Positions 48,659 to 58,610 of a stretch of DNA of 64,000 bases are shown here, one piece after another. This DNA comes from Deltaproteobacteria bacterium (GTDB lineage Bacteria > SAR324 > NAC60-12): assembly GCA_038150265.1 (NCBI GenBank), contig JAYOTF010000014.1:1-64000 (forward strand), read 5' to 3'. Positions within the stretch are counted from its first letter, which is position 1. The number at the start of each line of letters is the position of its first letter. Both the position numbers and the translations under genes were made by a program. The notes beneath the pieces are model-generated. The model had not been told where the DNA came from. It was given only the letters and a program-made list of their open reading frames with translations, and searched no databases.

Positions 48659-50823
48659 GACGCCTCCTGAGCTTTGGAGCCACCGGCCTTCTGGGTCAGG
48701 GTCAGGACATCCAGGATGAGGGCAATGCCGCCGTCTCCCAGAATGGTCGCGCCTGAGATGCCGACGACATTTTTGTAAAGCGAACCGAGGTTCTTGATCA
48801 CCGTCTGGTGCTCGCCCACGACATAATCGACCACAAAGCCGATGGGCGAACCTTCGTCAATGATCACCACTTGTTGAATGGCGGGAGGAGTCCCCGGGAC
48901 ATCAAACATCTCCCGGATGTAGAGGTAGGGGACCAGCTCATCGCGGACCTGCATGACCTGTCCACGGGTGCTGTTTTCGATTTCGGACGTCCGCAGCTCC
49001 ACCACTTCGTCCACAGATGAGAGGGGAATGATGAAGCTCTCTTCTCCCACCCGGACGAGCATGCCCTCAATGATGGCCAGCGTCAGCGGCAGGCGGAAGG
49101 TCAGCCGCGTCCCGGCCCCCATGGTGCTGGCCAGGTTCACGTGGCCTCCCAGCGACTCGATGTTGCGCTTCACCACGTCCATGCCCACGCCTCGTCCGGA
49201 GAGGCTGCTGACGGCCTTGGCGGTGGAGAAGCCCGGCATGAAGATCAGCTCCTGCAGTTCCTGCTCGGTCAGCTCCGCATCCGGACGGATCAGGCCCCGC
49301 TCAATGGCCTTCTTCTTGATGACCTCGGCATCCAGGCCTCCGCCATCGTCATCGACCTCAATCACGACCTTGGCGCCCACGTGCCGGGCGCTCAGGTGAA
49401 TGTGTCCCTGCCGGGGCTTGCCCTTGGACTGCCGGACGTCTGGGTCTTCAATGCCATGGCCCATGCTGTTGCGGATGATGTGCACCAGGGGGTCGTTGAG
49501 TTGCTCAATCACCGACTTGTCCAGCTCCGTGTCCTCGCCTTCTGTGGTCAGCCGGACCTCCTTCCCCAGCTCAGACGAAAGGTCCCGGATCAGGCGCTTG
49601 AAGCGTCCGAAGAGGGTGCCAATCGGCAGCATGCGGATGCCCATCGTGGTGTCCCGCAGGTCAGCCGTGAGGCGCTCCACTTCCTCGGAAAGCAGCACCA
49701 GCTCGGAGTCGTTGCGGTGCTTGACGGTCTGGCTGAGCCGGGCCTGGACGGTGACCAGCTCTCCCACCAGGTCCACCAGCGTGTTGAGCTTCCAGAACGG
49801 CACCCGGATCGTGGAGGTGTTCGCCTGCTCCCGGCTCCGTTCCTGCTCGCGGCGGTGTTCCTGCTCGCGGTTCCGGAACAGCTGCTGCTCGTTCAGAGCC
49901 GACACGATGTGGCCCTCATCGACCCCCTGCTCCAGCAAAATCTCTCCGATCCGGCGCTCATCGTCTTCCTCGATCTCCCGGATCTTCAGCTCACAGTCGT
50001 CTTCGACAAACATGAACACGTCCCGGACGGCATTGATGCCCCGGTCGGTCCGCAACAGCACCTCCCAGTACACCCGGCACTCCTCCGGATTGAACTGATC
50101 CAGCGGCAGAATCTTTTCCGTCTGGGCCACCACGTTGCCCTCTCCGAGCTCCAGCAACTCTCGGAGCAGCAGCAACGGGTTGGTGCCTCCCCGGAACAGC
50201 TGAGGCTCGGGCTTGAAGCTGATGCGGTAGGTCTGTGACTTCTCGGTTTCCGGAGCCGGTGCCTCCAGATGAGGCTGGGGGGGCACCTCTGGCAGGTCTT
50301 CAAAGAACCCGAAGCCCGGGTCCTCTTCCTCGGTTTCCGGTTCGGCTTGAACAGCGGCAGGGGGCTCGGGGGGCTCAACCGGAGGCGGCTCAGGGGCAGC
50401 AGCAGGCGCCGGCGGCACCGTCTCTTCCTCCTGGTCCTGAGCCAGGAAGTCCCGGAGGCGCTGAATCAGGGCCTCCAGGGCGGTGGTGTCGCTTTCCTGT
50501 GCCCCTTCGATGTCTTCGAGCATGCGGTTGAGGCGATCATGCACCGCCAGGGTGAGCCCAATCAGGTTGTGCGTCACCCGTCGGGTGCCCACCCGGACCT
50601 GATCAAAGATGGTCTCCATCTCATGAGTCAGGGAGGCGATCTGGTCGAATCCGAACATGGAGCCCGACCCCTTGAGGGTGTGCATCACCCGGAACGTTCG
50701 GTTGACGAGCTCCGGATTTTCCGGGTCCTCCTCCAGTTCCAGCAGCAGCTGCTCCAGTTCGTCATTCAGCTCGCGAGCTTCTTCCAGGAAGACGAGCCGT
50801 CCGCGTTCAAATGCCGAAGCCAT
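48655..50823 (-). CDS. cheA: Chemotaxis histidine kinase CheA (copy 1)
   Basis: FRVMHTLKG HPt, IRV...L.DLVGELV, DPLVHIIRNSMGHGIE, PGFSTA..SGRGVGMDVV and a CheW-like domain. Confidence 0.97.
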   Translation of the reverse strand: MASAFERGRLVFLEEARELNDELEQLLLELEEDPENPELVNRTFRVMHTLKGSGSMFGFDQIASLTHEMETIFDQVRVGTRRVTHNLIGLTLAVHDRLNRMLEDIEGAQESDTTALEALIQRLRDFLAQDQEEETVPPAPAAAPEPPPVEPPEPPAAVQAEPETEEEDPGFGFFEDLPEVPPQPHLEAPAPETEKSQTYRISFKPEPQLFRGGTNPLLLLRELLELGEGNVVAQTEKILPLDQFNPEECRVYWEVLLRTDRGINAVRDVFMFVEDDCELKIREIEEDDERRIGEILLEQGVDEGHIVSALNEQQLFRNREQEHRREQERSREQANTSTIRVPFWKLNTLVDLVGELVTVQARLSQTVKHRNDSELVLLSEEVERLTADLRDTTMGIRMLPIGTLFGRFKRLIRDLSSELGKEVRLTTEGEDTELDKSVIEQLNDPLVHIIRNSMGHGIEDPDVRQSKGKPRQGHIHLSARHVGAKVVIEVDDDGGGLDAEVIKKKAIERGLIRPDAELTEQELQELIFMPGFSTAKAVSSLSGRGVGMDVVKRNIESLGGHVNLASTMGAGTRLTFRLPLTLAIIEGMLVRVGEESFIIPLSSVDEVVELRTSEIENSTRGQVMQVRDELVPYLYIREMFDVPGTPPAIQQVVIIDEGSPIGFVVDYVVGEHQTVIKNLGSLYKNVVGISGATILGDGGIALILDVLTLTQKAGGSKAQEAS

Positions 50824-51185
50824 TACCCGAGTACTTTCTTGGTCACCGCGATCAGCCGCTGGGGATCAAAGGGTTTGATAATCCAACCGGTGGCGCCCAC
50901 CTCCTTGGCCTCTTGCTTCTTGCTGGCCTCCGACTCCGTGGTCAGGACAATCACCGGGACAAACTTGTAGTCCGGATGCTGCCGCACAGCCTGGATGACC
51001 CCAATGCCGTTGAGATTGGGCATGTGCAGGTCCGTGATCACCATGTCGATCTGACCACTGAGGCGATTGACGGCATCTTGCCCGTCTTCTGCGGCCTCCA
51101 CAGAATAGCCGGCCTCTTCGAGAGTCAGGCGAACCATCTGCCGGACACTGTTGGAGTCGTCAGCGATGAGGATGCGTTTGCTCAT
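50823..51185 (-). CDS. cheY: Chemotaxis response regulator CheY
   Basis: IADDS, TDLHMP, LTTES and GWIIKPF. TAATG overlap with cheA. Confidence 0.92.
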   Translation of the reverse strand: MSKRILIADDSNSVRQMVRLTLEEAGYSVEAAEDGQDAVNRLSGQIDMVITDLHMPNLNGIGVIQAVRQHPDYKFVPVIVLTTESEASKKQEAKEVGATGWIIKPFDPQRLIAVTKKVLG

Positions 51186-51237
51186 ATGCTGGTCTCAGTT
51201 ACTTGATGAAATGCCACTGATGGCCCGTCACACGGGA

Positions 51238-52116
51238 TCAGTGTTGCCCCAACGGCGGGGTGAGGGCATGAATGAAAGAGTGGGAATCCAGCAGCACCAC
51301 CTCCGGCCTACTGTCCTTCCGGTTGAAAAAAAGCCCCTGGGCTGGCGTCCGGAATTGGGCCATCAGCGGATCGGGAAGGGGTTCTCCATCTTCAAGGGCG
51401 AGCCACTCCAGTCCGACGGGGTGTCCGCAGACCGTGACCTCCTGTTCGTCGTGCTGCAGGTGCAGCAGGCTCCGAGGCGCATCCGGACGGGTCGCCTCCA
51501 CGCCCAACAGCGTGCTCACGTCAGGCACCTCGGACTCTGCCGGAGCCGCCGAGACGCGCAACACGCACGAGGCTTCCAGGGCCACAGGCGGCTCGGTGGC
51601 CAGGCGCAGCACCAGGACCTCCTGTTGTGGAGACCGGGCATCAGCGTGGTGAGGAACGGTTCGCTGGATCTCCCGAGCGGCCGCCTTGAGGTCCAGGAGG
51701 CGCTCCAGGTTGAGCAGCGGCACCGCTTGGTCCCGGTAGCTCAGCATGCGCTGCACCAGGGGGCCAAACTGAGCGGGAGGCGCCCCCAGGTGCGGGCCAT
51801 CAGGCTCACTGACCCCAATCACCTGGTCCACCAGCACGCCCCACATCAGGCGTTCCTGCTCGACCACAATCACGTTCCCGTCCAGCCGCTCCTCCTTCAA
51901 CCCCAGCTTGCGGGAGGCCATCACCACGGGAAGGGCTTCTCCCCTCAGGTTCATCACCCCCAGCAACGCTTCCGGCGCATTCGGCACCGGCGTCCAGGGG
52001 TTGAGGCGCTGCACCTCCAGCACCGACCGGCGGGGGAGGGCCATGAGCATCCCCGAGACCCGGATGAAGAGCATCTTGCGTGACTGCGGGGCGTCTTCGA
52101 GCAGTGTGTTGGCCAT
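51238..52116 (-). CDS. CheW-domain protein with a second, degenerate CheW-like domain
   Basis: TPVPNAPEALLGVMNLRGEALPV and GVLVDQV. The C-terminal half has a decayed CheW-like pattern ending VVLLD. Confidence 0.75.
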   Translation of the reverse strand: MANTLLEDAPQSRKMLFIRVSGMLMALPRRSVLEVQRLNPWTPVPNAPEALLGVMNLRGEALPVVMASRKLGLKEERLDGNVIVVEQERLMWGVLVDQVIGVSEPDGPHLGAPPAQFGPLVQRMLSYRDQAVPLLNLERLLDLKAAAREIQRTVPHHADARSPQQEVLVLRLATEPPVALEASCVLRVSAAPAESEVPDVSTLLGVEATRPDAPRSLLHLQHDEQEVTVCGHPVGLEWLALEDGEPLPDPLMAQFRTPAQGLFFNRKDSRPEVVLLDSHSFIHALTPPLGQH

Positions 52117-53588
52117 CAGAGCACCTGATCCCGGAGCTGCACCAGGGCCTGCTCTGTGCTGGCCAGGCGTTCCGACTCGTTCCGCAAGGACTGCTTGACG
52201 GCATTCAGCCGGTCCCGGTCTTCTCGGACGGATTCCAGCACCGAGTGCGAGTCGGCCAGCACGAGCTCCAGCGTCTCCCGGCAGTAGTTGAGGTTTTCCA
52301 GCTGGTGCTGCTCGCGGTCCAGCAGGTGCTCCAGCTCCAGGCTCTGCCCCCGCAGCTCCAGCCGGAAGTGCCGCAGCTGTTCCTGAACCTGTCCCGCCAC
52401 CGTGGAGGCATTCCCTGCGAGCTGGCGAGACTCCTGAATGAGGTTCAGCACCGCCTGGCGCTCATCGTCATCCAGGGCATCGGCACTTCCGCTGTGGGCC
52501 GACAGCAGCTCCGTCTGCACACAGGCCTGCAGCCACTCCTCCAGCTCGCCTTCCATGCGCCACGCGTGCTGAATGAGCCCATCCAGGTCGTGCAGGAGGG
52601 TCCGGAGGTGCTCATGGGACGCCTGAGCAGACGTTGCCATGCTGCTCAGCACCACCAGGCTTTGGGTCAGGCGCTTGATCTCATCATCAAGGTGCTTGCG
52701 GGTCTGCTCCGTCACCTCCGACATCGCCTGAAACTCCTTCTCCAGCTCCAGTCCCAGCCCCCGGGCACGCAGGATCAGGTCCCGCTGCCGCCCCAGCTCC
52801 TGCTGCAGGAGGAGGCTGGTTTCCGCGCTCAGCTCTGTTGCATTCCGACTCTCCGGAGCCACTTGCGTGAGGCGTTGGGACTCCCGGAAGCGGTCCAGGG
52901 GACGCAGGGCACAGGCTTCGGCAGCGAGTTCAGTGAAGTGGACCACTTCCTGTTCCTGCCCCCGGAGGACCCGAGACGCCCAGGAAACGCCATCGCGGAG
53001 CAGCAGCACATCGGTCTTGATGCGGATCAGGCCTTCCGGATGATAAAGCGACGACTTGTCCTCTTCGTGACGGAGGGTGGTGAAGCGGTCCCGCCACCCC
53101 TGAAGCTGAGACGCCCCCTGCGTCACCCACTCGGAGAGGGAGAGCAGCATCTGCTCACTGACGGCCGACAGGGTGGCCGTGACTTCAGAGATGTGCCCCA
53201 GGTTCCGGACCCGCTGCTTGCGAGAGGTTTCCAGCGCCGCATTCATGGCCAGAAACCGGACCTCGCCATCGAGGCGGGTGACCGAGGTCTTCAGGTGCTG
53301 CTGGACCTCCTGGCGGATCTCGTCCAGGACCGTTGCACTCTCGGCGACCTTGGTGTGCAGGGATCCCGAGACCTCCATGGCGGCATGCAGGGACGAAAGG
53401 TTCTGGGCCAACTCCTGGGCCAGCCCCCGGAGGCTGTGAAAGCGGGCGCCGGTTTCCAGCAGCTCCTGGCTGCTCTGGCGGACCTGCTCCCGGATGGCCT
53501 GAGAGGAGGCTTTGAACTCGCGCAGTTCCGTGGACAGGGTCGCTAAGGACGCCCCCAGCTCTTCGGACTGCTGGAGGTGCTGAGGCAT
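52116..53588 (-). CDS. Soluble, highly degenerate MCP-like coiled-coil protein
   Basis: Heptad-rich with no TM segment. EVRFLAMNAALETSR resembles the [15 protein letters not shown] hairpin tip. Confidence 0.6.
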   Translation of the reverse strand: MPQHLQQSEELGASLATLSTELREFKASSQAIREQVRQSSQELLETGARFHSLRGLAQELAQNLSSLHAAMEVSGSLHTKVAESATVLDEIRQEVQQHLKTSVTRLDGEVRFLAMNAALETSRKQRVRNLGHISEVTATLSAVSEQMLLSLSEWVTQGASQLQGWRDRFTTLRHEEDKSSLYHPEGLIRIKTDVLLLRDGVSWASRVLRGQEQEVVHFTELAAEACALRPLDRFRESQRLTQVAPESRNATELSAETSLLLQQELGRQRDLILRARGLGLELEKEFQAMSEVTEQTRKHLDDEIKRLTQSLVVLSSMATSAQASHEHLRTLLHDLDGLIQHAWRMEGELEEWLQACVQTELLSAHSGSADALDDDERQAVLNLIQESRQLAGNASTVAGQVQEQLRHFRLELRGQSLELEHLLDREQHQLENLNYCRETLELVLADSHSVLESVREDRDRLNAVKQSLRNESERLASTEQALVQLRDQVL

Positions 53589-53941
53589 TACGCGGCTCCA
53601 CTCGATTTGAAGTCCCAGAGGGCCTGGTCTTCGGTTTCATGAATCTTGATGAACCGGGAGAAGCCACAGATGTCCAGGATCTCATGCACCTGATCTCCCA
53701 CCTGCACCAGGGCAAATTCCCGGTTCTGGGCCTTGAGCTGCTTGTAGCAGTCTGCCACGAGGCCAATGCCACTGGAGGTGATGTAGTTCAGCTCGCTGCA
53801 GTCGAGGATGAGCCCACTGCTTTCCGTGTCCTCGAGGTACGTGTTGAGGTTCTCCCGCGTCTCTCGTGAGGCTTCAAGCCCCAGTTGCTCTCCCAGTGTC
53901 ACAACGTGCACGGAATCCACTTTCTTGTGCTTCAACGGCAT
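53588..53941 (-). CDS. STAS anti-sigma-factor antagonist (SpoIIAA/RsbV-like)
   Basis: ILDCSELNYITSSGIG with the phosphorylatable Ser, and V.EILDICGF. Confidence 0.88.
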   Translation of the reverse strand: MPLKHKKVDSVHVVTLGEQLGLEASRETRENLNTYLEDTESSGLILDCSELNYITSSGIGLVADCYKQLKAQNREFALVQVGDQVHEILDICGFSRFIKIHETEDQALWDFKSSGAA

Positions 53942-53954
53942 CAGGCGGTCTCGG

Positions 53955-56111
53955 TTAAAGTAACAAACTCAGATCTTCCCCTGTCAGGACCAGCAAGGGG
54001 GCACCTGTTCCCATCACAATGCACCCCTCAAAGCCTCCTTCTGCGAGGAAGGGATGCAGGAAGGGGCGGATGACCCCCTGAGTGAACTTGAGGATGCGGT
54101 CGGCATGAAAGGCCATCTGCTGGCGTCGGGAATCCTCCAGCACCAGAATCACACCCGCCTGGGGCGCCCCAGGCGCCTGCCCCAGCCCCAGCCGGGCCTG
54201 GAGGTCGAGGTAGTGACACGCAATGCCTCGGTGCCGGAACACCCCATTTTCCGGAACCTCCGGATGCAGCGACAGGTCCACAATCTCTCGGATGACGTCG
54301 TACCGGACCGCAATGGTCCGTCCCGCCAGTTCCACCACCAGCACCTTGCGGGACTGCAACCCCAGGCGCAGTGGACAGAAGAGGGTGATCTCGGAACCCT
54401 TCCCGAGCTCCGAGGCAATGCGGACGTCGCCCCCGTGGTGCCGGATCGTGCTGGCCACCACATCCATGCCCACCCCGCGGCCGGACACATTGGTGACCTT
54501 CTCCGCCATGGAGAAACCGGGCGCCATGAGCAGCTCAAACACCTCCTCATCGGTGTACTCGGCATCAGGCTGCGCCAGCCCCCGCTCCAAGGCTTTGTTG
54601 AGGACCCGCTGGACGTCAATGCCGTTGCCGTCATCGGAGACGGTCAGGCAGAGCATTTCCGGCTCCAGACGCGCTGCGACCCGCAGGTTTCCGACGTCGG
54701 GCTTCCCCCTTTGCTTGCGGACATCCGGCGTCTCAATGCCATGGTCGAGCGAGTTCCGGATCAGGTGCACAAACGGATCGCCCAGGAGGTCAATCACCGA
54801 GCGATCCACTTCCAGGTGCTCGCCTCGCAGCTCCAGCGACACCCGCTTGCCCAGGTCCCGCTCCAGCTGCCGGAGCATCCGGGGCAGTCGATCGAACAGC
54901 TCACTCAGGCGAGACGCCCGGAGCTGCTGCAGCGACTCCTGAAGGCCGCCGAAGCGCTGCTGCACGCGTTGAACCGCCCCCCGCATTTCGAGAGACATCC
55001 GGGGGTCGAGGCTCTGGCGGGTCTCCTGCTCCAGGGCATCCAGGTGGTTCAGCTCCGTCACCACCTCTTCAGCATGACGCGTGAACTCGTTGAGGTCGTC
55101 CATGCCGATGCGGATCATCTCGCGCCGGGGCGCCTGAGCCGCATTGGCCGGAGCAGGCGCACTGGCCGGAGCAGGCGTCCGGGCGGAGCCGAGCCCGAGC
55201 ATTTCGAGCGCAAACTCACTGGCATCATGGGAGCGGACGTTGCACTTGCGCTCCAGGCCTTCCACCCAGAACTGCTTCCAGAACTGCTCCACCATGTCAG
55301 GAACCAGGCGGGCCAGGGCGCTGAGCGAGTCCCAGTCCAGCACCGGCTCAGGCGCATCCGGATAGAGGAGCCGGTCCATCTGCTGCACCAGCGGTTCATA
55401 GCGCTCAATGCCCTCCGGCGGCAACCCTGCGCCCGCGGCAATCAGCTCCTCCAGCCCAATCAGCACCTCCCGGACCCCTGGGGTGATGTCGTCTCCCTCC
55501 GGAGTCAGCACCGACTCCAGCAGAACGCTCCGGACCACCACGTCCACCTCAAGGGATTGCTTCTTGGCAAAGTAGGTTTCCAGCGTGTCCAGGGCATCCA
55601 GCACCTCCTGAGGCGGAGGCGCCGCGGCACTGCGGGCCCGTCCAGACTCTGCCTGCTCCACCAGGTTCCGGAGGCGGTTGGCCAGGGGCTCCACTTTTTC
55701 CTCGGAAGGCTCCTCCTTGTTGAGGCCCTGCAGGAAGCGGTCGAAGCGGTCATCGAGCTTCATCTCCTGCTGCCGCATCCGCTCCAGCGCATCCTGAAGC
55801 AGGTCAATGCCTTCCAGCACCCGGGTCTGCTCGCTTTCGCGCAGCGCCCGGTTCTGTCCCTTGAGCTGCTGGAGGTAGCTTTCAAAGACGTGGGCAAAGG
55901 ACTGGAGCGCCATGAGGTCAAAGAACCCGGCGGTGCCCTTGACGGTGTGGACCCAGCGGAAGATTGCGGCCAGGGTCTCAATGGGCTGCTCCTCCAGATG
56001 CTCCAGGTCTTCCTGAATCAGCTCCAGGCCGTTGAGGGATTCCTCCACAAAGGCCTGAATGATCTCGGGGTCAAAGAAGGAGTTGACTTCCGGAGTCGTC
56101 GTGTCGCTCAT
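53955..56111 (-). CDS. cheA: Chemotaxis-type histidine kinase CheA (copy 2, divergent)
   Basis: IFRWVHTVKG HPt, DPFVHLIRNSLDHGIE, DDGNGID and APGFS..VSGRGVGMDVV. Divergent dimerisation and CheW-like domains. ATG at 56111. Confidence 0.9.
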   Translation of the reverse strand: MSDTTTPEVNSFFDPEIIQAFVEESLNGLELIQEDLEHLEEQPIETLAAIFRWVHTVKGTAGFFDLMALQSFAHVFESYLQQLKGQNRALRESEQTRVLEGIDLLQDALERMRQQEMKLDDRFDRFLQGLNKEEPSEEKVEPLANRLRNLVEQAESGRARSAAAPPPQEVLDALDTLETYFAKKQSLEVDVVVRSVLLESVLTPEGDDITPGVREVLIGLEELIAAGAGLPPEGIERYEPLVQQMDRLLYPDAPEPVLDWDSLSALARLVPDMVEQFWKQFWVEGLERKCNVRSHDASEFALEMLGLGSARTPAPASAPAPANAAQAPRREMIRIGMDDLNEFTRHAEEVVTELNHLDALEQETRQSLDPRMSLEMRGAVQRVQQRFGGLQESLQQLRASRLSELFDRLPRMLRQLERDLGKRVSLELRGEHLEVDRSVIDLLGDPFVHLIRNSLDHGIETPDVRKQRGKPDVGNLRVAARLEPEMLCLTVSDDGNGIDVQRVLNKALERGLAQPDAEYTDEEVFELLMAPGFSMAEKVTNVSGRGVGMDVVASTIRHHGGDVRIASELGKGSEITLFCPLRLGLQSRKVLVVELAGRTIAVRYDVIREIVDLSLHPEVPENGVFRHRGIACHYLDLQARLGLGQAPGAPQAGVILVLEDSRRQQMAFHADRILKFTQGVIRPFLHPFLAEGGFEGCIVMGTGAPLLVLTGEDLSLLL

Positions 56112-56530
56112 GAGCCTCCTTTGCGGGCCTCTCGGGCGAGCTGCAACCAGTAATTGCGCCGCCGGAGCATCGTCTTGACGGCGTGGCCAAAGGAGTCCCA
56201 GTCGAGGGGAAAGAAGAACAGGTAGTCGGCGCCTTGCCGGTTGCTCCGGGCCACGGCTTCCAGGTCCTTCTCCCGGGCCAGGAAGATCAGGCTGGTGGAG
56301 GGCGCCAGTTGCCGAGCCCGCTTCTTCCACTCAAAGCCATCAAAGCTGTCGCAGTTGATTTCAATGAGCAGCAGGTGGCACGGGTTGCGGCTGAGGAAGC
56401 TCATGAAGCCCTTGGGACTGTGGTGGTAGACCACCTCATAGTCGTCCTTGAAGAAGGTCTTCAGCTCCTCATTGGTCTCGGGCTCCGCCAGGGTCGCCGT
56501 GATGAAAGAGGCCTGAGGGGGCTCCGTCAT
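56108..56530 (-). CDS. Pseudo-receiver domain protein
   Basis: Receiver-like pattern CHLLLIEINCDSFDG (Glu at the phospho-Asp site), LIFLA and GADYLFFFPL (Lys absent). ATGA overlaps on both sides. Confidence 0.65.
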   Translation of the reverse strand: MTEPPQASFITATLAEPETNEELKTFFKDDYEVVYHHSPKGFMSFLSRNPCHLLLIEINCDSFDGFEWKKRARQLAPSTSLIFLAREKDLEAVARSNRQGADYLFFFPLDWDSFGHAVKTMLRRRNYWLQLAREARKGGS

Positions 56531-57408
56531 GCGTCCTCCCAGCGCTTGATCATCGTGATGCGGTTGCCGCTGTCACTCCACTCCACCGCATCCATGATGC
56601 CCTTGATGAGCAACAGCCCCCGCCCATGCGTTTGCGTGGGGCTCGCATTGACGGCGCCTCGGTAGGCCGACGGGTCAAAGCCCGGGCCTTCGTCTTCCAG
56701 GGAGACCCGGAGCATCTCGGCGTCCAGGTCCACCTGAATCCGGACCTGACGGTCCTTGAAGGCCGGGTCCTCCATCCGAGAGGCGACCATCTCCTCAAAC
56801 TGCTCCCACGACTCATCCTTCAGGGATGACGGCAGCTCCAGGTTGCCGTGGATGACGGAGTTGGTCAGCGACTCCTGGAGGCAGAGGTCAATGAGGTGCA
56901 CCGGAACCTGATTGCTTTCACAGAGGGGACGGTAGAGGGACCGCAGCGTCTGCACCGTGGCGGCCACCAGATCCGGACGGCTGGGAACCAGCAGGCGCAG
57001 CTTGAGGTTGCTGACCCCAAGGAGCTCCGTCTGGCGGTTGGTTTCTTGCTGCCGGACCTTGAGGCGATCGAGGGCCGACTGGAGGACATGAAAGGCAAAG
57101 GGCTTGAGGATGAGGTCCACGGCGCCCAGCTTGAGGGCCTCCACCGAGGTCTGCACATCGCCATGCCCGGTGATCAGGATCGTCGGCGTCATGATGCGTC
57201 CCCGGACCATGCGCCGCAGGAGCTCCATGCCATCCATCACAGGCATGCGAATGTCCGAGAGGACCGCATCAAAGCCGGGGCCGTCCTTCAGGAGCTTGAG
57301 GGCCTCCTCTCCGTTTCCGGCGGCTTCCACCTCATAATCCGCATCCTCAAGCAGCTCAACCAGCGAGTCGCGCCACCCGGGTTCATCATCGACCACCAGC
57401 AGCCTCAT
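56527..57408 (-). CDS. REC - RsbW-type serine kinase/anti-sigma factor (HATPase_c_2)
   Basis: REC (VVDDE, SDIRMP, KPF), LQESLTNSVIHGN, EDEGPGFD and HGRGLLLI. Confidence 0.88.
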   Translation of the reverse strand: MRLLVVDDEPGWRDSLVELLEDADYEVEAAGNGEEALKLLKDGPGFDAVLSDIRMPVMDGMELLRRMVRGRIMTPTILITGHGDVQTSVEALKLGAVDLILKPFAFHVLQSALDRLKVRQQETNRQTELLGVSNLKLRLLVPSRPDLVAATVQTLRSLYRPLCESNQVPVHLIDLCLQESLTNSVIHGNLELPSSLKDESWEQFEEMVASRMEDPAFKDRQVRIQVDLDAEMLRVSLEDEGPGFDPSAYRGAVNASPTQTHGRGLLLIKGIMDAVEWSDSGNRITMIKRWEDA

Positions 57409-58607
57409 GAGGCCTCCTTTTGCTCCAGAGCATGCACCTCCACCCCCATCAGGGTGGCATCGTCATCAAAGCGGTCCTTGCCAGCAAAGTTCAGCACCGA
57501 CTGCATGATCTTCTGGGTCATGCTGGAGAGGCTTTCATTGCGGAGGCTGAAGAGCGTCTTGCGCAAGCGGGGCTCGCCAAACAGCTCGGAGCTGCGGTTC
57601 TTGCCCCACGCCGGGTTGGTTTCCAGCAACGCGTCCGTGTAGATGAGGATCCGGTCACCCGGATTGAGCAGCACCTTGCCCTCGCCATACTGAACCACGT
57701 CGCTGGGCAACACCCCCAGCACCACGCCCTCGGTGGAGAGGCTGATGATCTCATCGTCCCCCTTGCGGATCAGGTAGGCCGGAGGGTGTCCGGCACAGGT
57801 GTAGGTCAGCTCATGGGTCTGCTCATCAAAGACCATGTAGAACAGGCTCGCGAAGCGTCCCGGAGGCATGTAGTCGTTGAGGGTGTCGTTGATGCGAGAG
57901 ATGGCCTCCTGCGTTGAGCTGTGGCTCCCTCCCACCTGCCGGAAGGTGAGGCGGAGCATCATGGCAATCATTGAGGCAGACAGTCCATGACCCGTGACAT
58001 CCGCGACCACCATCCCAATGAGGTGATCATTGAGGCGGAGGACGTCATAGAAGTCGCCGCCCACCTCATCCATCGGGATGAACTCCGCCTGAATCTGCAG
58101 GTGTTCGGAAATGTTGAGGCTGTGGGGCAGCAGCAGCTCCTGCGCCACCCGGGCCTGCTCCAGGTCGTAACGGCTTTGCTTCTGCAGGGAGATCAGGTGC
58201 TCATTCAGCATCTCCACCATCTCCAGGTGCCCATTCATGCGCCGGTTCTCCTGCAGCAGCTCGTGGTGCTTCAGAAAGACCGGAAAGAGGTGCTCCAGGA
58301 TCTGGTCCGGATGCTCCTGCAGGAAGGAAAACTGAATCAGGTTCAGGTCCTCTTGCGCCTCCTCGTCTCCAATGCAGATCGCCAGCGTCTCCGGATACTT
58401 GTCCTGAAACCGCCTCAGCTCCTCGCCACTCCGGCCAATGATGATCTCCGGAGAGGCGCCTCCGGGCTGGAGGGTGCTGAGGACCTCCTCCACTTCCTGA
58501 TACAGCTCCACCGTGAACAGGTGCCCGAGCTGCTGCTCCAGGATCAGGAACTCCGGTGTGGAGCCCACCAGCAGGATGAGGTTCGGTTTGGGAAACTGAG
58601 GACTCAT
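57405..58607 (-). CDS. SpoIIE/RsbU-type PP2C serine phosphatase with a degenerate N-terminal receiver-like region
   Basis: ARVAQELLLP, VGGDFYD, VADVTGHG, AGHPP, YTDAL and DDATL. Confidence 0.9.
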   Translation of the reverse strand: MSPQFPKPNLILLVGSTPEFLILEQQLGHLFTVELYQEVEEVLSTLQPGGASPEIIIGRSGEELRRFQDKYPETLAICIGDEEAQEDLNLIQFSFLQEHPDQILEHLFPVFLKHHELLQENRRMNGHLEMVEMLNEHLISLQKQSRYDLEQARVAQELLLPHSLNISEHLQIQAEFIPMDEVGGDFYDVLRLNDHLIGMVVADVTGHGLSASMIAMMLRLTFRQVGGSHSSTQEAISRINDTLNDYMPPGRFASLFYMVFDEQTHELTYTCAGHPPAYLIRKGDDEIISLSTEGVVLGVLPSDVVQYGEGKVLLNPGDRILIYTDALLETNPAWGKNRSSELFGEPRLRKTLFSLRNESLSSMTQKIMQSVLNFAGKDRFDDDATLMGVEVHALEQKEAS

Positions 58608-58610
58608 GGC

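Noticed and set aside
54054..56153. 699-aa plus-strand ORF
   Set aside because: Antisense shadow of cheA copy 2.
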